Assembly: GCA_964587565.1 (NCBI GenBank)
Contig: CAZPLK010000002.1
Location: 56,725-120,724, forward strand
Direction of reading: 5' to 3'
Length of the DNA: 64,000 bases
Source: an uncultured Muribaculaceae bacterium
GTDB taxonomy: Bacteria; Bacillota_I; Bacilli_A; RF39; UBA660
Position numbers and translations under genes: made by a program. Below are positions 57,525-64,000 of the stretch, in pieces. The notes beneath the pieces are model-generated. The model was given only the letters and a program-made list of their open reading frames with translations. It made no database searches and had not been told where the DNA came from. Positions within the stretch are counted from its first letter, which is position 1. Every line of letters begins with the position of its first letter.

Positions 57525-57552
57525 ATTTTATCATAATTTTATTTTTTGTCAA
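57525..57552 (-). promoter_or_regulatory. Promoter of the thrS T-box leader
   Basis: Minus strand reads TTGACA (57552-57547), a 16-nt spacer ending in TGA (extended -10), then TAAAAT (57530-57525). Begins directly after the stop codon of the upstream gene. Confidence 0.6.
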
Positions 57553-59436
57553 CTATCTTCGTTTTTTATATTCCTTTATACCATGGCAATATTCCTCTTT
57601 ATACTCTTTAATAATTTTATCCTTTTCATTTAAATGAGCACTAATAATTTTCAATTGTTCTTCTAATTTATATATATCTTTATTCAAAATTTTCTCTTTA
57701 TCTATAAAAAACTTTTGGATTAATTTTTGATTTTGAAGTGCTCCATAATTTCTAACAGGTACTGTTACGGGCATACTAATAGAAAAATTATTACTTGTTA
57801 AGCCTTTATGAGTAGTTGCATAAAAAGATCGACTTGAAGGCTCTTCTAACATTTTTATAACTGCCTTTTGTAAACCAATTCCTTTTGGTGTTGGTTGTTT
57901 TACATATTTATTCATATTATATATTTTATATATACAAGGAAGCCCTAATTCATCATATGCTAATTTGGAATTACTATTTAAATAAATCATAAAAGTACTA
58001 ATGATATCTTCAGATGATATATCTTCACTTGGTTTATTATAATATTTATTAACTATTGGATTAATATTTTTTATATGGTTTTGTATATCTATTAACATAC
58101 TATGCATAGTAATCTCGTCTTTATTTTTAGAGTTTTCAATACGTCTATCATATGATTTAAAACTAAGATTACCTTTAACGTTTATAATCGCTCTTTTAAT
58201 TTCATAATTAACTAATTCAAAGCTTGGAGATAATTCAAATAAATTAGCAATAACATATTTTGGACTATTGGCTTTTAAACTAAATTGATTGTAAACTAAT
58301 TGTTCCGGGAACATTGTGATAGGACCCCCAGGTAAGTATATTGTTTTAGCCCTGTTATAAGCTTCTAATTCTAAAACACTTAATTCATTTATATAGCTAT
58401 AAACATCAGTTATATATATACCTAACAAATAATTACCATTTTCTAATTTTTCAACAGAAATGGCATCTTCACAACAAACATTTTTATTACAATCTATAGT
58501 TAAAATGGTTTTGGAAGACAAATCAATATATATTTTATTATCAACCTTTTTTAATTTTTTCAGTTCCAATAAAGCTTCTTTGCTAAATTGTTGAGCTATT
58601 CCATATTTATCATTAATGTTAGCTCTAAATTTCGAAACATTATTAAATGTAGTGTTTTTTATACTATTTACTAATATATTTAAAGCCCTAATTATTCTTT
58701 TACGTTCATTTTTACCATATTTAGAACGATTTAATTTATTTATTGTTTTATTCACAATATTTAAATAAGCTTCTCTTTCTTTTTTCGTTATATTTAATAA
58801 TTTATTATTAACTATGTAAGTAATAATTTTAGACATTGATAATAAAGCATAATCTTCTGTTAATTCATCTTTAGCAAATTCTATGTATTTTTCAATAAGC
58901 TTTCTTATATTATATTCATCTTGAAAGTGGTTATTAAAATCAACAAAATGGTTTTGAAATAATTCTTTAAAAAATTCTATATCCCTTATTTCAAACACTA
59001 ATACATCTACAATATTATCTATACTTTTATTGTTTTTTAACTTATCAATTGGATTTTCAATTTTAATTTCTTGTTTATTATTTTGCTCACTTTGTAAATT
59101 TAAATTTATTAAATCACTTACTCTTTTATATATATTTTCAACTAGTTCATAATTTTTGAAAAGTAAATTTTGAAGTTCAACTTCTTTATTTATTTCATTT
59201 AAACAATAATACAATTTTACATAATATTCATTATCTTTCAAATCAATATCAGGTTTCACTATTTTGTTTAATTTAGAATTATCACTTGCTTCAAAAATAT
59301 ATAAATTAACAAGTTCATTAACTAAATTTTTATTATTTTTTAATTTACAAATTTCAATAATTTCATCATTTGAACAATCGGGACAAGTTAAAAGCAAACT
59401 TTTAAGCATTTCTAAATTACTACTACACATACTCAC
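57553..59436 (-). CDS. RNB-fold (RNase II/R-like) protein with degenerate catalytic motifs and an unknown helical N-terminal half
   Basis: [33 protein letters not shown] aligns to the RNase R motif [33 protein letters not shown]. Later, VPVRNYGAL corresponds to SPIRRYPDL. No CSD or S1 domains recognised. Confidence 0.65.
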   Translation of the reverse strand: [627 protein letters not shown]

Positions 59437-59438
59437 AC

Positions 59439-60359
59439 CTATTTCCTTAAATTTTTACCGATAATTTGTTTTTCTTCTGTTAATTGGTTTATTCGTTCAA
59501 TTATTCTTCGAGCCTTAATTTTTGAAACACCATCTCTTGTTGTACTCAAGTGCTGTTCTAGTGTTTTCAAATCAAGATTCGATGTAAAAAAAGTTGGTAA
59601 ATGCTGTTGCATTCTATGTTGTAAAATTGGTCCAAGAATTTCATCGCGTCCCCATTCAGTAACTACCTCCGCTCCTATATCATCTATTAATAACAATTGT
59701 ACCTTTTTTATATAATTAAATTTTTCTGAAAAATCCGTTTGGAATGAACTTTTTAATTCTCTTAAAAATTCTGGCCAATATATAATTGCACTTTTAACAT
59801 TATTTTTGGCTAATTCATTAAAAAGTGCAGATATTAAATAAGTTTTTCCTGAACCAAAATTTCCATGTAAGTACAAACCTTTTTGTTCTTTATTTGGAAC
59901 ATAGTTTTTTTTGAAATTATTTAACCAAACTATAATTGGATATCTTCCTTCATCTTCCATATATATATCACTCATTTTAGCACTTTTTAACTCTTGCGGG
60001 ATATCAAATAAATATACATTTTTATAATGTTCTGTTTCTTCATTTATTTTACGCTGATACCTACAAGGACGATAACCAAATTTTAATATATTATCAATAA
60101 CAATAGGTAAATAAGCATGTCCTGTTATTTTGTTTTTGCACTCAACTATCGCTTTACATTTTTGACAATTAGCATAATCTTTACTACTTTCCTCTAATAG
60201 TGATGTATACTTCATTAAATATTTTGAATCCATATTTAATTGCTCTATTAATTGCTTAAAATATTTATTTTTTAAAGCATCATTATAATTTTTTAATAGA
60301 TTTTCTTCTATCGCTTTTTTAAGGCCCATTTCTTCGAGTTGATCAGATATTGTTTTCAT
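59439..60359 (-). CDS. dnaI: Primosomal helicase loader DnaI (AAA+)
   Basis: N-terminal zinc-binding Cys pattern (CQKC...C), Walker A GNFGSGKTYL, Walker B LLIDDIG. Confidence 0.88.
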   Translation of the reverse strand: MKTISDQLEEMGLKKAIEENLLKNYNDALKNKYFKQLIEQLNMDSKYLMKYTSLLEESSKDYANCQKCKAIVECKNKITGHAYLPIVIDNILKFGYRPCRYQRKINEETEHYKNVYLFDIPQELKSAKMSDIYMEDEGRYPIIVWLNNFKKNYVPNKEQKGLYLHGNFGSGKTYLISALFNELAKNNVKSAIIYWPEFLRELKSSFQTDFSEKFNYIKKVQLLLIDDIGAEVVTEWGRDEILGPILQHRMQQHLPTFFTSNLDLKTLEQHLSTTRDGVSKIKARRIIERINQLTEEKQIIGKNLRK

Positions 60360-60366
60360 ACTTCAC

Positions 60367-61662
60367 CTACTTGTATTCTTTTAAAATTTCTTCTATTTCT
60401 TTTCTACTAGCTTGACTAGGTTTTTTTATTTCAACTTCTTTATCAAACCATTCTGGGATTGGTTCAACACTTTTACTTATCTTCTTCTTAAATGTTTTAA
60501 TTTCACTACGTTTTTTATATTCTTTTTCAGCTAATGCCATAGCTTCTTCAACTGTTTCAACGTTACTTCTTTTCCATTGAATTGCTATTACTTCAACAAA
60601 TGTTTTTATTAATTTATTATTATTTATTTTAAGTACGTAATCTATTAATACATTAACAACACCTGGATTTAAATTTAACTCTATTAGTAAATAAGTTAAA
60701 ATATTTTTATCATTTCTTGTTAATACATTTGTGTTATTTCTACTAGCTAAAAAATCAGATGGAGCTGTTGTTTCAAATGCATAAATCATTTTTTCACGCT
60801 TGCTTGTCCCTTGTATATTTTTACGTAAATATTCTGGTTGTTTTTTATATGCTAACGATGGTAACTTTCCTCCACTTTCAAATTTAAAATAATTTTGGCA
60901 ATTAATTTTTAATAAATCTTTATCTATTCTTCTTTTTTCATTAATTGAATTTCTTATCAAATCTTCAGTATTAAAATCATCTAAACTATAAATAAAACTT
61001 AATTTATAAATAAATTCCTTTATGTCATTTGTAATACTTCTTGGATTTAATATTTCCTCAGGAATTTTACTGAAAATATTTTCTATATTAACTGGAGATA
61101 TTAGCTCTAATTGACGGTATGAGTGCCTTTTAATGTCACTTGCTAGTGTCTCAACAGGAAGTTCTGTTACTGGTTCAAACACATCATTAAATGAACTAGT
61201 AATATCTATATATCCATCTAAATTGATTTTAGGTGTTTTAAAATACTTTGTAATTCTCTCATACTCCATTTTCCCTACATTATTATATAAAACTGAATTT
61301 AATATTGGATTAGTAAAAAACTCATACGGATTTAATGGTGAATATAGCTCATAAACATAATTATTAACACTTCCTTGTTTGACGTTTGTTTTTATTAAAC
61401 CAATTGCTTCTAACATTTCACGAGCTTGTTGTAATCTTTCTAAATCAATCCTCATGCTAGACATCAAGTAATGATGAGTCCATTCAGAAGATATTAATTC
61501 CCTTTTATCTAAAAATGACCACATTGTAAAATATAAATTAGTTGCAATTCCCCCTATTATTGGTTGGTATAACATTGTTAATAAAAGGCGATCTTCGTTT
61601 CTTAATGTTGTATTATTAACTACAATGAATGTATCTGCTGGTAACAAATTAAGTTGCTTCAT
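60367..61662 (-). CDS. dnaB: Replication initiation and membrane attachment protein DnaB (Firmicute DnaB/DnaD family)
   Basis: N-terminal DnaB_2-like region (LLTMLYQPIIG..A..LY) and a C-terminal DnaD-like domain. Located directly upstream of dnaI. ATG at 61662 follows GAGGTGAT. Confidence 0.8.
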   Translation of the reverse strand: MKQLNLLPADTFIVVNNTTLRNEDRLLLTMLYQPIIGGIATNLYFTMWSFLDKRELISSEWTHHYLMSSMRIDLERLQQAREMLEAIGLIKTNVKQGSVNNYVYELYSPLNPYEFFTNPILNSVLYNNVGKMEYERITKYFKTPKINLDGYIDITSSFNDVFEPVTELPVETLASDIKRHSYRQLELISPVNIENIFSKIPEEILNPRSITNDIKEFIYKLSFIYSLDDFNTEDLIRNSINEKRRIDKDLLKINCQNYFKFESGGKLPSLAYKKQPEYLRKNIQGTSKREKMIYAFETTAPSDFLASRNNTNVLTRNDKNILTYLLIELNLNPGVVNVLIDYVLKINNNKLIKTFVEVIAIQWKRSNVETVEEAMALAEKEYKKRSEIKTFKKKISKSVEPIPEWFDKEVEIKKPSQASRKEIEEILKEYK

Positions 61663-61724
61663 ATATATCACCTCAATATTAGTTTATCATATTATATAAT
61701 TTAAAAAAAGAAAAAACAAAGTTT

Positions 61725-61946
61725 TTACCTTCTTTTTTCCTCTTTAATAGTAATATGATCTTCATAAAAAATTTGATCTGGTTTCATACTGAAAACCTTT
61801 GCGATTTTTGCTGCCATATCATAAGACAATCTTCTACGTCTATTTTCTAATTGAGAATAATATGACTTGCTTATTCCTATCTTATCTGCCAATTGTTGTA
61901 CAGTATAACCATGTCTATTTCGTATTTCTTTTAATTTAATATACAT
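61725..61946 (-). CDS. XRE-family HTH transcriptional regulator, 73 aa
   Basis: HTH_3 pattern YTVQQLADKIGISKSYYSQLENRRR. Confidence 0.75.
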   Translation of the reverse strand: MYIKLKEIRNRHGYTVQQLADKIGISKSYYSQLENRRRRLSYDMAAKIAKVFSMKPDQIFYEDHITIKEEKRR

Positions 61947-61962
61947 ATATTATTGCCCCCTT

Positions 61963-62682
61963 TTAATCAATATCAACATTATGATATATATTTTGAACGT
62001 CTTCAGCATCTTCCAATTGTTTTAACATTCTTTTAAACATCCCCAAATCTTCTTCTTTTAATTTAACAGTAGTTTTTGGGATCATAGTAATTTCTTCAAT
62101 AATGAACTCAACATTAGATATAGTATTAGTTATTGCATCCTTAATTTTAAATAATTGGTTTGGTTTTGCAAATATAGTAATAATTTCTTTTTCAACTTCT
62201 ATATCATCAATATCAATATCATTATCTATCATTATATTTAAGACTCGCTCTTCATCTAACTCTTTGAAGCTAACAACTGATAAATGATCATACATATAAG
62301 ATACACTACCATTAACCCCCAAGTTACCGCCATTTTTTGTAAGTGCTGGTCTAATATAACTTAACGCTCTGTTAACATTATCAGTTAAACAGTCTATTAT
62401 TAATGTCGAACCACTTGGTCCAAAAGCTTCATATCTAATATTATCATAATTTTCTGTCACACCACAATTAACTTTTTCAATTGCACGATTTATTATTGTT
62501 GATGGAATTTGCTCACGTTTAGCACGTTCTATCACTCTTTTTAATTCTAAGTTTGAATCAATATTAGTTCCACCTGTTTTTGCAATTTGATATATTTCTC
62601 TAGAATACATCGAATAAAGCTTTGCTTTTGCTGCACCAGTTTTTTGAATGCTTTCTTTTCTAACTGAGTAAGCCCTTCCCAT
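61963..62682 (-). CDS. yebC: YebC/PmpR family DNA-binding regulator
   Basis: MGRAYSVRKESIQKTGAAKAKLYS... is typical of the YebC family, ~240 aa. Confidence 0.88.
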   Translation of the reverse strand: MGRAYSVRKESIQKTGAAKAKLYSMYSREIYQIAKTGGTNIDSNLELKRVIERAKREQIPSTIINRAIEKVNCGVTENYDNIRYEAFGPSGSTLIIDCLTDNVNRALSYIRPALTKNGGNLGVNGSVSYMYDHLSVVSFKELDEERVLNIMIDNDIDIDDIEVEKEIITIFAKPNQLFKIKDAITNTISNVEFIIEEITMIPKTTVKLKEEDLGMFKRMLKQLEDAEDVQNIYHNVDID

Positions 62683-62740
62683 AAGTGCCTCCTTAATTTT
62701 GATATTTTACAACATTTTCATATTTAAATCAATTATTACT

Positions 62741-63409
62741 TCACTTTGCCATTTTATTTAACGCATCTTTAGCGGCTAATTGTTCAGCTTCCTTTTTCGT
62801 TCTTGCTGTTCCTTCCCCGTATATAACATCATCTATACGCACTTCAACAGTAAATATTTTTTTATGCGCTGGACCTTGTTCATTTATAATTAAATATTCA
62901 AGACTTCTTTTATCTGTTTGTACTAATTCTTGTAGTGATGATTTATAATCACTTATCAAATCAAGTTCATTAGATTCAATTAACGGTATTACATTTTTAT
63001 AAACAAATTTTTTAGCCTCTTTTAATCCTTTATCTATATATAATGCTCCTAAAAATGATTCAAATAAATCGGCAACAGTAGCTTTACGATATTTACCACC
63101 ATTTTCTTCTTCTCCTCGCCCTAGTTGAACGTGTAGGTTTAAACCTAGCTTTAAAGAATAATTATAAAGTGCTTTTTCACAAACATATCTAGCTCTTAAT
63201 TTGGTCATCGTTCCTTCGGAATGTTTAGTATTTAAATATAAATATTCACTTATTATTAATTCAAATACGGCATCACCTAAATACTCTAATCTTTCATAAC
63301 TTTCAATATTTTCTTCATTAGCATATGATGAATGAGTAAAAGCGCGTCTATACAAATCAACATTTGTAGTCACGATACCTAATTCTTTTAAAATTTCCAT
63401 TATTTTCAC
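62741..63409 (-). CDS. rnc: Ribonuclease III
   Basis: RNase III signature ERLEYLGDAV and a C-terminal dsRBD (GPAHKKIFTVEV...GEGTARTKKEAEQLAAKDAL). Confidence 0.93.
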   Translation of the reverse strand: MKIMEILKELGIVTTNVDLYRRAFTHSSYANEENIESYERLEYLGDAVFELIISEYLYLNTKHSEGTMTKLRARYVCEKALYNYSLKLGLNLHVQLGRGEEENGGKYRKATVADLFESFLGALYIDKGLKEAKKFVYKNVIPLIESNELDLISDYKSSLQELVQTDKRSLEYLIINEQGPAHKKIFTVEVRIDDVIYGEGTARTKKEAEQLAAKDALNKMAK

Positions 63410-63541
63410 CTCCTTAATTTATTGTTTATACTACTATTATAACATTATTAAAACAATATTAAAAGTATTTATATATTGTATAATTTCAATTCAAAATTTA
63501 CTTTTTATTAATTTTTTAGTATAATAATTATGGTGATATAT

Positions 63542-63778
63542 ATGAAACACTTTTTAATTTACTTAATTAAAGTGTATCAAAAAATTCCAGGTATCTTCCA
63601 CAATTACTGTAGGCATATACCAACATGTTCCAATTATGGTATTGAAGCAATTAATGAGTTTGGAAGTATTAAGGGTGGGTTTTTAACTATTAAAAGAATT
63701 TTAAAATGTAATCCTTGGGGTACACAAGGTTATGACCCAGTTATTAAAAAGGAGATAAAAAATGAAAAAAATATTTAG
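63542..63778 (+). CDS. yidD: Membrane protein insertion efficiency factor YidD
   Basis: [15 protein letters not shown] signature. ATG at 63542 follows GGTGAT. Confidence 0.88.
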   Translation: MKHFLIYLIKVYQKIPGIFHNYCRHIPTCSNYGIEAINEFGSIKGGFLTIKRILKCNPWGTQGYDPVIKKEIKNEKNI

Positions 63779-64000
63779 ATTTATATTTATGTTTACTATT
63801 ATCGTATTATTATCAGGGTGTTTTAAAAGGGATAACTTAGAAGGTGTTACAATATACACTACTGTTTACCCTATCGAATATATTACTAATCGCCTATATA
63901 AAGAACATAGTAACATTCAAAGCATTTATCCCGATGGCGTTAATGTTAAAAACTATAATTTAACAGAAAAACAAATAAAAGATTATAGTAAAAGTAGTTT
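63762..64000 (+). CDS. Lipoprotein, probable metal (Zn/Mn) ABC transporter substrate-binding protein, 5' partial (runs off the window)
   Basis: Not in the ORF track because no stop codon falls inside the window. AAAGGAG RBS with the ATG at 63762. Lipobox [20 protein letters not shown]....IQSIYP resembles the N-terminus of TroA/ZnuA-like proteins. Confidence 0.5.
   Translation, partial: MKKIFRFIFMFTIIVLLSGCFKRDNLEGVTIYTTVYPIEYITNRLYKEHSNIQSIYPDGVNVKNYNLTEKQIKDYSKSS

Overview
A 64 kb chromosomal window from a very AT-rich, endospore-forming Firmicute. The gene order resembles Bacilli/Erysipelotrichia: lexA | small ORF-tkt-sirA-yneF; rlmN-prpC-prkC-rsgA-rpe; spoIIGA-sigE...sigG; dnaB-dnaI...thrS. 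About 55 of ~62 genes are on the minus strand, and the standard genetic code applies. Most of the content is housekeeping. This includes RNA modification and turnover (miaB, rnj, rlmN, tgt, rluD, rnc), fragments of the dcw/division cluster (murF, murD, murG, murB, divIB, ftsA, ftsZ, ftsK), sporulation genes (spoIIGA, sigE, sigG, ylmC, gerE, gerM, spoIIIAH, sirA-like), a sufCDSUB operon, eno, tkt, ndk, thrS behind a T-box leader, dnaB/dnaI, and one tRNA-Arg(UCU). The clear outlier is a ~7 kb locus (10.5-17.6 kb) between tgt and murF. It encodes two tandem paralogous giant proteins (689 aa and ~1599 aa). Each starts with a canonical type IV prepilin signal and continues as an array of Ig-like modules. 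Each gene has a perfect consensus sigma-A promoter, and no pilus assembly genes are nearby. Secondary items: (1) an untracked 48-aa membrane ORF sharing an SOS-box divergent promoter region with lexA; (2) a DtxR-like regulator with a C-terminal Cys cluster, translationally coupled to the suf operon; (3) sigE and sigG separated by two unknown genes; (4) an ApbE/FMN-bind/NusG_II/Gx-transporter module; (5) a T-box leader followed by a 66-aa ORF and a ThrRS lacking the TGS domain; (6) an RNB-fold protein with a degenerate catalytic site. No CRISPR array, transposase, integrase or rRNA was seen.
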